64,000 bases of DNA from Candidatus Marinacidobacterales bacterium (GCA_965237955.1 OZ250169.1:2048001-2112000); one strand, 5' to 3'; positions 53,636 through 63,943 are shown, counted from the stretch's first letter. The notes: generated by a model not told the origin, from the sequence alone. A program made the numbers and translations.

Positions 53636-54373
53636 ATGAAGATCCAAAAGACAGTTTGTTTTCTCGGCATCCTCTGGCTGGGCATCGCAGGGCTAGCCGG
53701 AGCCGATGTTCTGACCGACGACGCCGCGCGTGTCGCGATCGAGACCAAGCTCGACAAAGCGAACATCATCAACGGTGGTGGACCGCAGGTCGACGTCAAC
53801 GAAGGCGTGGCGACGCTCACCGGAAGCGTCAAGAGCCTGTGGGCGAAGAACAAGGCCATCGAGCTCGCCATGGATGTCGAAGGCGTCGACGTCGTGGAGG
53901 ACGAGCTCGAGATCATGTTCGCGGAAAGCGACAAAGCCGTCGGCGAGGCCGTCGCGAAAATCGTGCTGCGCTACCCGTTTTTCACGATTTACGACGACGT
54001 GAATATCGGGGTCGACGGCGGCAACGTGTTCTTGACCGGCCGGATGACAATGGCGTTCAAGTCCGACGAAATCGAAAGTCGTGTCTCCAGGGTGACGGGC
54101 GTTCAGAGTCTGACGAACGAGATCGAAACGCTGCCGACGAATTTCGGCGACGATAGGATCCGCGCCAACTTGGCCTATCGCCTCTATACCAACACTCTGT
54201 TCCAGCACTACGCGTTTCGCTTCAACCCGCCGATTCACATCATCGTCGAGCGCGGCAACGTGGCGCTCACCGGAGCGGTGAACTCGGAACTCGAAAAGCG
54301 CAAAGCCGAGTCCATCGCACGGTCGACGTTCGGTGTGTTCAAAGTCGAAAACCGCCTGACCGTGGGCGACTAA
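53636..54373 (+). CDS. BON-domain exported protein (three BON domains)
   Basis: Repeated V..G.V.L.G.V...A....GV..V.N.L pattern. Confidence 0.9.
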   Translation: MKIQKTVCFLGILWLGIAGLAGADVLTDDAARVAIETKLDKANIINGGGPQVDVNEGVATLTGSVKSLWAKNKAIELAMDVEGVDVVEDELEIMFAESDKAVGEAVAKIVLRYPFFTIYDDVNIGVDGGNVFLTGRMTMAFKSDEIESRVSRVTGVQSLTNEIETLPTNFGDDRIRANLAYRLYTNTLFQHYAFRFNPPIHIIVERGNVALTGAVNSELEKRKAESIARSTFGVFKVENRLTVGD

Positions 54374-54752
54374 GGACAGTGTACTTCTGGCGCGGGGACC
54401 CAACCCCGCGTCAGCCCTCCTCGCTCAAGCCCTCAAAAAAAATCTCATCGCAAAGGCGCCAAGTCGCAAAGGCGCCAAGTCGAGCGCCTTCGGCGCTGTT
54501 TCTCTCTTTAATCTCGCGGCTGGCGTCTTTACGTCCGGCGTCATCTGTGGCGGGCCCTTTCCCGTCCTGATTTCCTAAGATTCCTGCTTTCTGCCGAAAT
54601 GGGATTGTCTAGGCCCAAACAAGCGTCGCAAGGCGCAATGATCTGCATTCGCCGTTCCTTTGCGTCTCCGCGTCTTGGCGTCTTTGCGTTGAGATTTTGC
54701 TTCCGACTTCGCCACGCTGGGACTCGTTGCTGCAAAAAAGCTACAATCTCAC

Positions 54753-54781
54753 TCATCCGTTTCGCGGCTCCCGACGTACCA
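54753..54781 (+). promoter_or_regulatory. Putative ECF-sigma promoter TCATCC-N16-CGTACCA upstream of the sigma gene
   Basis: The same bipartite motif and spacing recur at 56186-56214. Confidence 0.7.
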
Positions 54782-54798
54782 CCAGAAGGGACGCTTTC

Positions 54799-55386
54799 TT
54801 GAGCGAGCAGGCTACGCCGCTGATGATGACGACGACGACAAGCTCCGACGGCGATCTGCTCGCCCGACTCGCAGCCGGTGACCCCGACTCGCTCGAAGCG
54901 TTGTACGACCGCTACTCTCCCTACGTGCACGGGCTGGCGCTGCGTATGTTGGGAGCGCGGGAGGAGGCAGACGAGGTCACTCAGGATGTGTTCTGGCTCC
55001 TGTGGAAGCACAAGATGCAATACGACCCCGAGCGGGGCCGATTCAGCACATGGCTGTTCGCGGTAACTCGCAACCGGTGTGTCGACCGCTTGCGCTCGGA
55101 GCGGCGGCGTCCTTTGACGCGCCCGCTCGAGATCGATTCGGATTCGGCTCTCGAGAAAAGTCCCGAAGAGGACGCCTTTCTCGGCGAACGTCGTCGCATC
55201 GTTCTCGAGGCGTTGGCCGGGCTACCGATGGAACAACAGCGAGCCGTCGAGCTCTGTTTCTTCCAAGGAATGACGCATCGAGAAGTCGCATCGCACCTGG
55301 GCGAGCCGCTCGGCACGATCAAGAGCCGCATTCGCATGGGGATGGCCAAGCTGAAGCAAAGCCTATTGGCCCCGGAGAACATTTGA
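54799..55386 (+). CDS. ECF RNA polymerase sigma factor (SigK-like); start TTG 54799 or ATG 54823
   Basis: ALYDRY, EVTQDVF..LW, F.TWL..V.RN..VD.LR and LGTIKSRIR motifs. Confidence 0.92.
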   Translation: MSEQATPLMMTTTTSSDGDLLARLAAGDPDSLEALYDRYSPYVHGLALRMLGAREEADEVTQDVFWLLWKHKMQYDPERGRFSTWLFAVTRNRCVDRLRSERRRPLTRPLEIDSDSALEKSPEEDAFLGERRRIVLEALAGLPMEQQRAVELCFFQGMTHREVASHLGEPLGTIKSRIRMGMAKLKQSLLAPENI

Positions 55387-55387
55387 G

Positions 55388-56167
55388 ATGAGCGAGCACC
55401 GCGAATTCGAAGAGCTCGTCGCGCTCGACGTCTTCGATGCGCTCGACGCAGCGGACCGGGCTCGTCTCGAAGCGCATCTGGCGTCCGGGTGTGACCGGTG
55501 TCAGGCCGAAAGGCATGGCGCCAGGCGTGTCGCCGACCAGCTTCTGGCTGCCGCCAAGCCGTCGACGCCGAACGAAAGCATCCGTGAAAAGCTGATGGCG
55601 CGCGTCCGTGACGACGCCGCGGGGCAAAAAGGAAGTTCGGTCGGAAATTCGGCTGGAAATTCCACGGGACGCGCTTCCCGCTGGCCGGTGCTCGCCGCGG
55701 CTGCCGGTCTCGTTGTCGCGCTCGCAGCGGGATTCTACGCTCGCTCATTACAAAATTCGCTGGCAGAGGAAACGGCTCGCCGTCAAACCGCGGAAGTGGA
55801 AGCCGAGCGACTCCGGAGCTCCTTGGCTTCGGTAACGTCCCCTCAAAATCGCGCCGTGTCTCTCGATGGACTCGAGGCCGCAGCCTCCGCTCGCGCGACC
55901 GCGTTTCTCGACCGAGAGAACCGGCGCTTGTTCCTGTACGTCGAAAACTTGCCGGCGCTTCCTCCCGATCGGACGTACCAGGTCTGGCTTCTCGTTGACG
56001 GCACTCCGGTCAGCGTCGGCACCTTCGATGTCGACTCCGATGGAGGCGCGCGTCTCGACGGAGAACCGCTCCCCGCTTTCGAAGGCAGGGTGAGCGTTGC
56101 CGTGACGGTCGAGCCGGCGGGAGGCGTTCCCCAACCGACCGGACCGATGGTTCTCCTCGGCTCCTGA
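55388..56167 (+). CDS. Anti-sigma factor, RskA-like, with an N-terminal zinc-finger motif
   Basis: H....C..C, a TM segment, YQVWL and AVTVEPAGG..QPTG. Confidence 0.9.
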   Translation: MSEHREFEELVALDVFDALDAADRARLEAHLASGCDRCQAERHGARRVADQLLAAAKPSTPNESIREKLMARVRDDAAGQKGSSVGNSAGNSTGRASRWPVLAAAAGLVVALAAGFYARSLQNSLAEETARRQTAEVEAERLRSSLASVTSPQNRAVSLDGLEAAASARATAFLDRENRRLFLYVENLPALPPDRTYQVWLLVDGTPVSVGTFDVDSDGGARLDGEPLPAFEGRVSVAVTVEPAGGVPQPTGPMVLLGS

Positions 56168-56185
56168 AAAAAGTTCCCACGCGAG

Positions 56186-56214
56186 TCATCCAACGACGCG
56201 ACGCGCGCGTACCA
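56186..56214 (+). promoter_or_regulatory. Second TCATCC-N16-CGTACCA promoter, upstream of the DUF4331 gene
   Basis: Exact motif match to 54753-54781. Confidence 0.7.
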
Positions 56215-56265
56215 AGAGCGAACAAACAATCTAACGTCGCTCTTCGGAGCATTCAGGAGATATCG

Positions 56266-57810
56266 ATGAGATTCCCCACTACCCTTGTCGTTTGCGTCGT
56301 CCTCGTTAACCTAGGTTTCGGCGTCGCGGTGGCGTCGAACCATCGCGAGGCACCCATCACCGCCCTCGATCACAAAGCCGACATCACCGACATCTACGCG
56401 TTCGTCAGCTACGGGCCGGATCAGACCGCGGGCGAAACGCCGACTCACGTCACGTTGATCCTGTCGGTCGACCCGCTGCTCAAGCCGGCGAACGGGCCGA
56501 CTTTGTTTCCGTTCGACCCCAACATCCGCTACGAGATCCATATCGACAACGATCAAGATGCTCGCGCCAACGTCAGCTTCCGTTTCCAGTTCGAAACAGA
56601 GTTTCGACTCCCAGGCGTCTACACCGCTCTCGCCGGTATCGGTGACGCGGGCGCTTTCGCCCCCGGAACCGGCGAGCTCGTCGTCCCACCTCAGATACGC
56701 GATTTTGCCAATCCGGGCCTCAACCTTCGACAGACCTATACCGTGACGCTGGTCCGGGGCAGACGAAAGATGCGGTTGAAGGACCCGGATGGCTCGCCGT
56801 TTTTTGCCGTGCCTGGTAACGCGGGTCCACGCACCATGGACTATGAAGCTCTTTTCGACGCGGCGACCTACGAGCTCGCGAGCGGAGCTTCGGTCTTCGC
56901 GGGGACGACGGACGACGCCTTCTGGATCGACTTGGGTGCGACGTTCGACACCGCGAACTTTCGAACCCTCGGAAGCGGTGTCCCCGGTGTGCTCACCGCC
57001 GAGGAGGACACCGCCATGATGAACTTCGCGAGCGACACCGTCTCCGGCTTCGCGGTGAACTCGATCGCCGTGGAAGTTCCCATCGGATGGCTGACACGAA
57101 CCGGCGAGATCGAGCCGGCATCCTCGCCCGACGCCACCATCGGGGTCTGGGCCACGACGTCCCGCCGGCGAGTGACGATCCGTCGTGCAACCCGGCCGGC
57201 CAAGAACATCGGATCCTGGCGTCAAGTGCAGCGTATGGGAAACCCGCTCATCAATGAGCTTTTGATTGGTATCGGATCGAAAGATCGCTTCAGCATGGAG
57301 CACCCGCGGCGTGACAGCCAGTTTGCAGATTTTTTTCTCGACCCACCGATCGTGCGCATCGTCGAAGCGCTCTATGGCGGAGCTCTCGCCGTCCCCGATG
57401 CGCCGCGCACGGATCTGTTGCCCCTCGTCACCTACGCCGCTCCGATTGCAGCACCGGGGACACCTACAGGCCCGATCGCCGATTTGCTTCGGCTGAACAC
57501 CGGTGTGTCGGCAACGCCCCTCGCCGACACGAGTCGGCTCGGTCTTCTCGCTGGAGACGCTGCCGGCTTTCCGAACGGACGCCGGGTGTTCGACGACGTC
57601 GTGGACATCACGCTGCGCATCGCCGTGGGTGGCGTCCTCGATCCGACGTTTCCCGGTTTCGACCTGGACGTGAATGCGCGCTTGGGTGATGGCGTCAATG
57701 TCAACGATGCTGCTTACCGACAAGCGTTCCCGTATCTCGCTTCGTCGCCCGACGGAAGAAACCATCGGCACGTCGATCCGGGTGAGATGGGTGGAGGGCC
57801 GATCGAATGA
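56266..57810 (+). CDS. DUF4331 domain exported protein
   Basis: ASNHREAP, DITDIYAF, QVQRMGNPLINE and GFPNGRR..DDV.D motifs. Confidence 0.9.
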   Translation: MRFPTTLVVCVVLVNLGFGVAVASNHREAPITALDHKADITDIYAFVSYGPDQTAGETPTHVTLILSVDPLLKPANGPTLFPFDPNIRYEIHIDNDQDARANVSFRFQFETEFRLPGVYTALAGIGDAGAFAPGTGELVVPPQIRDFANPGLNLRQTYTVTLVRGRRKMRLKDPDGSPFFAVPGNAGPRTMDYEALFDAATYELASGASVFAGTTDDAFWIDLGATFDTANFRTLGSGVPGVLTAEEDTAMMNFASDTVSGFAVNSIAVEVPIGWLTRTGEIEPASSPDATIGVWATTSRRRVTIRRATRPAKNIGSWRQVQRMGNPLINELLIGIGSKDRFSMEHPRRDSQFADFFLDPPIVRIVEALYGGALAVPDAPRTDLLPLVTYAAPIAAPGTPTGPIADLLRLNTGVSATPLADTSRLGLLAGDAAGFPNGRRVFDDVVDITLRIAVGGVLDPTFPGFDLDVNARLGDGVNVNDAAYRQAFPYLASSPDGRNHRHVDPGEMGGGPIE

Positions 57811-59090
57811 TGGCAGTCGGCAGCCTCTTTCTCGCGGCTTTCACGATGGCCGGCACGATGGCCGGGCCCACCCCCGCGGAAGAGAAAATCATCGCGGCCA
57901 AACACGCCATCGACAAGACTCCGGAGCACTACCAAGCCTACAACCAGCTCGCATTGGCCCTGACGCGGCGTGCCCGCGAAACCGGGGATCCCACACACTA
58001 CGTCCGCGCGCTCGAGGCGCTCGAAACTTCGTTCCAACTCGCACCCGACAACTACGGCGGACTTCGTATCCGTACCTGGGTGCTTCTGGGACGACACGAG
58101 TTCTCGGAGGCGCTGCAGTTAGCCGAAGATCTCAACCGACAGGCGCCGGACGATATCTTGATCTATGCGTTTCTGACCGACGCGCATGTCGAGCTCGGCA
58201 ACTATGAAAAGGCTGAGCAAGCCGCCCAGTGGATGCTGGACCTCAGGCCAGGCAACGTCGCCGGGATGACCCGAGGGGCCTACCTTCGTGAGATCTTCGG
58301 CGACGTCGTAGGCGCAATCGAATGGATGTGGGCGGCCTATGAGCAAACGCCGTTCCACGAAGTCGAAGACCGCGCGTGGGTGCTGACCGAGCTCGCCCAC
58401 CTCGAGCTGTCCCGCGGCGAGCTCGAGGGAGCCGAGGCGGCGGCGAGCGAAGCACTCGCCCTCTTCCCCGACTACCACTACGCACTCGCGGAGCTCGCGA
58501 AAGTGAGGCTCGCCCAGAATCGAGCCGAGGACGCAGCCACCCTTCTTCGGAAACGATACGATGTCGCGCCCCATCCCGAGAATCTGTTCGAGCTCGCGGT
58601 GGCGCTTTCCCGAGCGGGCCGAGAGGACGAGGCGCGCGAGCTCTTCGCATCGTTCGAAGAACAGGCGCGCGTCGAGATCGCCTCGTGGGACAATGCGAAC
58701 CGCGAGCTCGTCTTCTACTACACCGACGTTTCGGGAGAGCCCGAAAAGGCACTCGCAGTCGCGCGACGAGACATAGAGCGGCGCCGCGACGTGTTCACCC
58801 TCGATGCCTATGCCTGGGCACTCTACGCGAGCGGATGCCACGATGCGGCGTGGGAGCAGATCCAATGGGCGCTCGAGCCGGGAATCCGCGATGCTCGCTT
58901 GCTCTACCACGCTGGACGGATCGCAACTGCTCGCGGCGATGAGACCGAAGCGGAGCGATTGCTCCGCCTCTCGCTGGCGTCGAACCCGCACGCGGACGTC
59001 GCCAACGACGCGCGCAAGGCGTTGAACGGACTAGCCGAGCGCTATTCGTATCTCAGCGCGGTGACGGGCTCCACCCGCGTCAGACGGTAG
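57807..59090 (+). CDS. Tetratricopeptide-repeat protein
   Basis: Multiple TPR-like helical repeats; overlaps the DUF4331 stop codon. Confidence 0.85.
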   Translation: MMAVGSLFLAAFTMAGTMAGPTPAEEKIIAAKHAIDKTPEHYQAYNQLALALTRRARETGDPTHYVRALEALETSFQLAPDNYGGLRIRTWVLLGRHEFSEALQLAEDLNRQAPDDILIYAFLTDAHVELGNYEKAEQAAQWMLDLRPGNVAGMTRGAYLREIFGDVVGAIEWMWAAYEQTPFHEVEDRAWVLTELAHLELSRGELEGAEAAASEALALFPDYHYALAELAKVRLAQNRAEDAATLLRKRYDVAPHPENLFELAVALSRAGREDEARELFASFEEQARVEIASWDNANRELVFYYTDVSGEPEKALAVARRDIERRRDVFTLDAYAWALYASGCHDAAWEQIQWALEPGIRDARLLYHAGRIATARGDETEAERLLRLSLASNPHADVANDARKALNGLAERYSYLSAVTGSTRVRR

Positions 59091-59335
59091 GCGGGCCCGG
59101 CAGGCGGGAACGACACAGGCGAAGAGCGCCACGGTGAGCAACTCGACGGGTACGGTCACGAACGTTGCGAGATCCGTGGCGCTTACGCCTTCCGGTGGCG
59201 AGCTCGAACGCAACACGAGGTTCATGCTCCGGGGCGCGAATCCCGTTGCTGCGAGAACCGGATAGTAGAAGTAGCATTCGGTTCCGGTCTCCTCTTCGAG
59301 TCCTGCCTGTTTCACGTCCTTCGCGATACCTGAAG
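59090..59335 (-). pseudogene. Collapsed remnant of an ADOP/FtsX-type ABC permease
   Basis: GIAKDVKQAGL...MNLVLRS joined directly to the terminal GVSATDLATF...ALFAC.VPA.RA. Confidence 0.7.
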
Positions 59336-59592
59336 ATCGCACGGTTTGGCGCCGATCGCGAGGCCGAGCGTCACGATCGCAACGAAGGCGTCGCCGGGGC
59401 TCTTCGCAAGACTCCGCAACGCGTAACGAAAATCCGAAATCAGCTACCCATGGACACACCTCGCCATTCTCTGTGGCGGACTGATTCCCGTCAGACGACA
59501 ACGCCATGCCAAAAGTAGCACCCGAGGAGCATGCCCTAAGCCCGGCTAGAAGCTGTGCTAACCTCGATGGAATCCATGAGCTTTTCAAATAC

Positions 59593-60918
59593 ATGACGGC
59601 AACGTCACCGCGTATCCGTTATCGTTTCGCCGAGTTCACGGTGTCGCCATCCACGCGGTTGCTCTTGAAAGGCGACGTCGAGATTCCGCTCATCCCACGC
59701 TATTTCGACTTGCTCGTTCTTCTCATCGAACGAAGGTACGAAGCCGTCACCCGCGACGAGATCTTCGACAAAGTCTGGCACGACGTGATCGTCTCGGACG
59801 GCGCGTTGACGCAGGCGATCCGCATCCTTCGAAGAAGTCTCCGAGATCGCGCCAAAGAGCCGCAATTCATCCGCACGGTTTCGCGTCATGGTTACCGCTT
59901 CGTCTACGAAGATGTCGTAGAGGAGGTGATACCCGACAACGGGGACACGCTGCAGGCAGCCCTCGCGCTTCTCGTGGACGCCGAACCCCCGTCGAACGAG
60001 GACGAGGAGATGCGACTGCGGGAGGCCGCGGAAACGGTTCTGCGCTCGAGTCCAGGCGAAGACCTGTCTCAGTTCAACGACGTCGCGCGCGCGCTTCTGC
60101 GAGATGCTCGTTGGGATCTTCCCGACGTTGACCGCGCACCGCTCGTCGGTTTTCCCGGCCCCTTTGCCGCCATCCGCATTCTTCTCGGCCTTCGGATGTG
60201 CCGCGCGTGGAGGCTTGTTCGAAAGCGATGGTTGGGTGCGACCATGGGAGGCGTGGTTGCGGGCATCGTGGGCGGCCTCCTGGGCGCGCTGGTGCTGCTG
60301 TACGGTCCGGGCTCCCGAGCCACGGGAAGCGTGCTCGTAGCACTTCCGATCGTGGGCGCCGCCGTTGGTGGTTTGGGTGCGCTCGGCGTCGGCGGGGGAC
60401 TCGCGTGGGCGGAAGCGCTCGTGCGCTCGTATCGGCGTGCGGCCTTGATCGTGCTCGGCAGCGCCGGGGGTGGACTCGTAGGAGGCCTCACCCACTTCGT
60501 CGGTCGCTACACCTTCGAAGGACTCTTCGGGCGCGATTTGTCGCCCGTGGGCGGCGGCTTCGAAGGCCTCATCCTAGGTGCAGCCGTGGGGGCGGGCTAC
60601 GCCCTCGCGACGCCGATCGAATCCGGAGGGATGGCCACTCCCCGGGGCGCCGCGCGATGGCGAGTAGCGCTCATCGCTGGGCTCGTCGGCGCCGGCGCCA
60701 GCATCGTGTTGGGGTGGAGCGGTCATCACCTCGGAGCGATGAGCCTCGATTTCATGGCTCAGAGCTTTCCCGGCTCGCAGGTGAGTTTGGACCCGCTCGC
60801 GCGTCTCCTCGGTGAAAACTCGCCGGGTTTGGCGACGAAGTGCGGCATCAGTGGTTTCGAGGGTCTTCTGTTCGGCTTCGGACTCGTCGCGGGGCTCACG
60901 AGGCGCCCACGCCGCTAA
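59593..60918 (+). CDS. Winged-helix (OmpR/CadC-type) regulator fused to a Gly-rich multi-TM domain
   Basis: YRFAEF, FDLLVLL, VW.DV.VSDGALTQAI..LRR.L and FIRTVSRHGYRF motifs, followed by several TM helices. Confidence 0.85.
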   Translation: MTATSPRIRYRFAEFTVSPSTRLLLKGDVEIPLIPRYFDLLVLLIERRYEAVTRDEIFDKVWHDVIVSDGALTQAIRILRRSLRDRAKEPQFIRTVSRHGYRFVYEDVVEEVIPDNGDTLQAALALLVDAEPPSNEDEEMRLREAAETVLRSSPGEDLSQFNDVARALLRDARWDLPDVDRAPLVGFPGPFAAIRILLGLRMCRAWRLVRKRWLGATMGGVVAGIVGGLLGALVLLYGPGSRATGSVLVALPIVGAAVGGLGALGVGGGLAWAEALVRSYRRAALIVLGSAGGGLVGGLTHFVGRYTFEGLFGRDLSPVGGGFEGLILGAAVGAGYALATPIESGGMATPRGAARWRVALIAGLVGAGASIVLGWSGHHLGAMSLDFMAQSFPGSQVSLDPLARLLGENSPGLATKCGISGFEGLLFGFGLVAGLTRRPRR

Positions 60919-61219
60919 TGTCGGTAAGACTTACAACTCACGACTTCACCTTCAAGTGTCTCGCGCTGTTGAGTTAAGGGAGATGGCGCTTCGGCGCGAC
61001 TGTCGGCTTTTCTGACAGTAACGCGTTTGGTGGCTCCGGCACATCCTTTCCAAGGCGCTCTAAGTAGCTGATAGCATATCGTCTATTATTTTCACAGATT
61101 GATGGCGCGCGTATTGCATTGTCGTGTATGCTCGGCGATCACACGAGCACGGCAATGGCGCTAGTCGTATTGGGTTCGACACCGCCGTTGCAGGGGTTTT
61201 TGGTTGTCCCCGACGTAAA

Positions 61220-62101
61220 ATGGCGAGCCGGACGCTTCTAATCGTCGAAAGTCCCGGTACCGAGTCCGGGCGATTTCGCAAGCTTGCCCGCCGCGCTGGA
61301 TTCAAAGTCCTCACCACGAACTCTGGCACGATGGCCCGATCGGTGGTGAGGCGGACGCAGCCGGCGCTGGTGCTCTTGTCGCCGCACACGAATGCCCCCG
61401 GGCCATCCGAGATCGCTCGCAGCATCAAAGAGGACCCGACCACCGGCGATGTTCCTATCCTCACGCTCCTCCTGAGCGAGCGTGCCCGCGCCAAGGCCTA
61501 TCCGACCGAGGCTTGGGCCACGCTGGACGCAAGCGACGATGAGCTACTAAGAACAATGCAGCTTCTGGCAGCCAATAGCCGACGCCTTCGCTACGAGCCC
61601 AAACCGATGGGCCCGCTCGAGGGACATCTCGACGACGACTCGTTGCCCGACGTGCTCCAATTCTTGTTCGCGGCCCGAAAAACGGGACGGGTCACCATTC
61701 GAAACGGTGCCCGGCGCCCCGGGCGCATCTACATCGAATCGGGAAACGTCGTCCACGCCGAGCACGCCGACCGCTACGGTCTCGAGGCTTTCAAACGGCT
61801 GTGCTTCGCGACCCATGGACGTTTCAAGTTCGAGCCCGACGAGCGTACCCCGCACCGCACGATGCTCGAAGGTGGCATCGAGCTGCTGCTGGAATCGGCG
61901 CGCGCGAAGGACCACGAAGACCGGAACGCCCGCATTCAGTCGAAGAGCCCACGCGACATCCGGCGCCGCGCCTACGCGAAAGCCAGTGGCAGCTCCCTGC
62001 CGTCGCTCTCGCGCCTCGCGACCGAATCCGAACCTGCGAAGAAAACGAAGCCCTTCTCCAGTTTAATATCCCGAATCAGCAGGGCTTTAAGAAGCTCCTA
62101 A
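61220..62101 (+). CDS. Receiver-like plus DUF4388 domain protein
   Basis: IKEDP.T.DVPI receiver motif; L.G.L....LPDVLQFL...RKTG...G.IY...G..VHA. Confidence 0.75.
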   Translation: MASRTLLIVESPGTESGRFRKLARRAGFKVLTTNSGTMARSVVRRTQPALVLLSPHTNAPGPSEIARSIKEDPTTGDVPILTLLLSERARAKAYPTEAWATLDASDDELLRTMQLLAANSRRLRYEPKPMGPLEGHLDDDSLPDVLQFLFAARKTGRVTIRNGARRPGRIYIESGNVVHAEHADRYGLEAFKRLCFATHGRFKFEPDERTPHRTMLEGGIELLLESARAKDHEDRNARIQSKSPRDIRRRAYAKASGSSLPSLSRLATESEPAKKTKPFSSLISRISRALRSS

Positions 62102-62113
62102 TAAGCCCCCGAT

Positions 62114-62154
62114 CCTTATTCCCCTCTCCCGCACGCGGGAGAGGGGGTATAAGG
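62114..62154. repeat. GC-rich palindrome (REP-like or terminator hairpin)
   Basis: cccctctcccgc-ac-gcgggagagggg with outer ccttat/ataagg pairing. Confidence 0.65.
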
Positions 62155-62263
62155 AAGAAGAGCTTATTAGGAGCATTATTAACTCACCCCAATCTCACAT
62201 TTCTCTCATTTCCCTTCGCGACCCAGCGCCTATCTTGTGGACAAGGAAAGGAGACGAACACCC

Positions 62264-62761
62264 ATGGCCCTACCCGTATTCACCGACGAGCACGAGCGCA
62301 CCGATTTCAAAATTTGTCACGACCGCGTAGAGCTCCGCACCCAAAAGCGCGTGCAGTTCATCGACATCACCGAGCTCGTCCTCGAGCGCGTTCGACGCGC
62401 CAGTATTAGCCATGGCGTCGTCAACATTCAGACCAAGCACACCACGACGGCGGTCGTGGTCAACGAGAATGAACCGAACCTCCTGCGCGACTTCGAAGAG
62501 CGTCTCGAAGCGTGGGCGCCGCAAGAGGAACGCTATCGCCATAATAATCTCGAAGCGCGACGATTCCAGCGGATCTCACCGGACGAGAAACCGAACGGCG
62601 ACGCGCACGCGCGCGCACTGATTCTCGGCGCCTCTGAAACGATGAACGTCATCGCCTCGCGCGTGGAGCTCGGCGAATGGCAACGGCTCTTTTTCGTCGA
62701 GCTCGACGGACCACGTCCGCGAAAGGTTTCGATCCTCGCCATGGGAACATCTGTGATTTAA
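62264..62761 (+). CDS. yjbQ: YjbQ/UPF0047 family protein
   Basis: DIT, HTT.A...NENE, N.DAH and [13 protein letters not shown] motifs. Confidence 0.9.
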   Translation: MALPVFTDEHERTDFKICHDRVELRTQKRVQFIDITELVLERVRRASISHGVVNIQTKHTTTAVVVNENEPNLLRDFEERLEAWAPQEERYRHNNLEARRFQRISPDEKPNGDAHARALILGASETMNVIASRVELGEWQRLFFVELDGPRPRKVSILAMGTSVI

Positions 62762-62770
62762 TCCCTGCCC

Positions 62771-63508
62771 GTGCAGATTCTGGGCATCGACATCGGCGGG
62801 ACCGGTGTCAAGGGCGCGCCCGTGGACACGACTAGGGGCGTTCTTCTCGCCGAAAGGTTGCGGCTCCCGACTCCGAAGCCGTCCACGCCGCGTGCCGTGG
62901 CTGACGTCGTCGCGGAAATCACGCGCCACTTCGATTGGAAAGGTCGCGGCGGCTGCGGCTTCCCGGGTGTCGTGCACAATGGTGTGGTTCACACCGCCGC
63001 CAACGTGTCGAAAAAATGGATCGGGGTCGCCGCGGACTCACTGTTGAAAAAGACCACCGGGTGCGATTTCGTACCCATGAACGACGCCGACGCCGCCGGC
63101 GTTGCCGAGATGCGATTCGGCGCGGGCAAAGGGAAAAAAGGCGTCGTGCTCGTTTTGACCCTCGGCACGGGGATCGGCAGCGCGCTCTGCCTCGACGGGA
63201 AACTCGTTCCCAACGTCGAGCTCGGCCAACTCGAAATCGACGGACGTAACGCCGAGAAGTGGGCGTCGGCGATAGTGCGAGACGACGACGGGCTCAGCTG
63301 GAAACAATGGGCGGCCCGGTTGGATACATATCTCGAACGGGTGCACTCTCACTTTTGGCCGGAGCTCATTATTCTCGGCGGCGGCGGGAGCAAGAAGTTC
63401 GAGAAATTCGCCACTTATCTCACCGTTGATTGCCCGATCTTGCCCGCGACGCTCCGAAACCGAGCCGGTATCATCGGCGCGGCCCTACACGCAGCAGAAA
63501 CATCGTAG
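62771..63508 (+). CDS. ppgK: Polyphosphate glucokinase (ROK family)
   Basis: [33 protein letters not shown] and PN.ELG motifs. Confidence 0.9.
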   Translation: MQILGIDIGGTGVKGAPVDTTRGVLLAERLRLPTPKPSTPRAVADVVAEITRHFDWKGRGGCGFPGVVHNGVVHTAANVSKKWIGVAADSLLKKTTGCDFVPMNDADAAGVAEMRFGAGKGKKGVVLVLTLGTGIGSALCLDGKLVPNVELGQLEIDGRNAEKWASAIVRDDDGLSWKQWAARLDTYLERVHSHFWPELIILGGGGSKKFEKFATYLTVDCPILPATLRNRAGIIGAALHAAETS

Positions 63509-63535
63509 CTGCGAGATACAAAACGCTCCCCACCA

Positions 63536-63943
63536 TCACGCTTCGAGCACGATGGTAGGCTTTCGCTCTCCACGAAGATAGCGTACGACATCGACGGTAT
63601 CGATCACGAGTGAGAGCCCGCATAGCGCGATCACGGCAACGACCCAGTTATAGAACAATCCCTCGCCTCGAATCGAGGCGAGGCGATTCACGAGCCACGC
63701 GATCATCACAAACCAATGAAAGTGACCGAGGCCGAGCAAGCGCACGAACCCGAATCGCGCAAAAATTACCATCTGGAGCAAGGCTCCGACGAAAAGCCCT
63801 GCGAGCACGAGCGACGCCTCTACGCGCGGCAGGAAGAACACCGCCGCCATGTTCGCCAGAAACAACAACGCGATCCAGAGCTGCCAATGAATCGGCATCT
63901 CGAGAATGTGTCGAGTGAAGCGCAACATCACCTTCATAGCCAA
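63536..63943 (-). CDS. Small hypothetical membrane protein
   Basis: Four hydrophobic segments; G..RLLGLGH motif. Confidence 0.7.
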   Translation of the reverse strand: MAMKVMLRFTRHILEMPIHWQLWIALLFLANMAAVFFLPRVEASLVLAGLFVGALLQMVIFARFGFVRLLGLGHFHWFVMIAWLVNRLASIRGEGLFYNWVVAVIALCGLSLVIDTVDVVRYLRGERKPTIVLEA

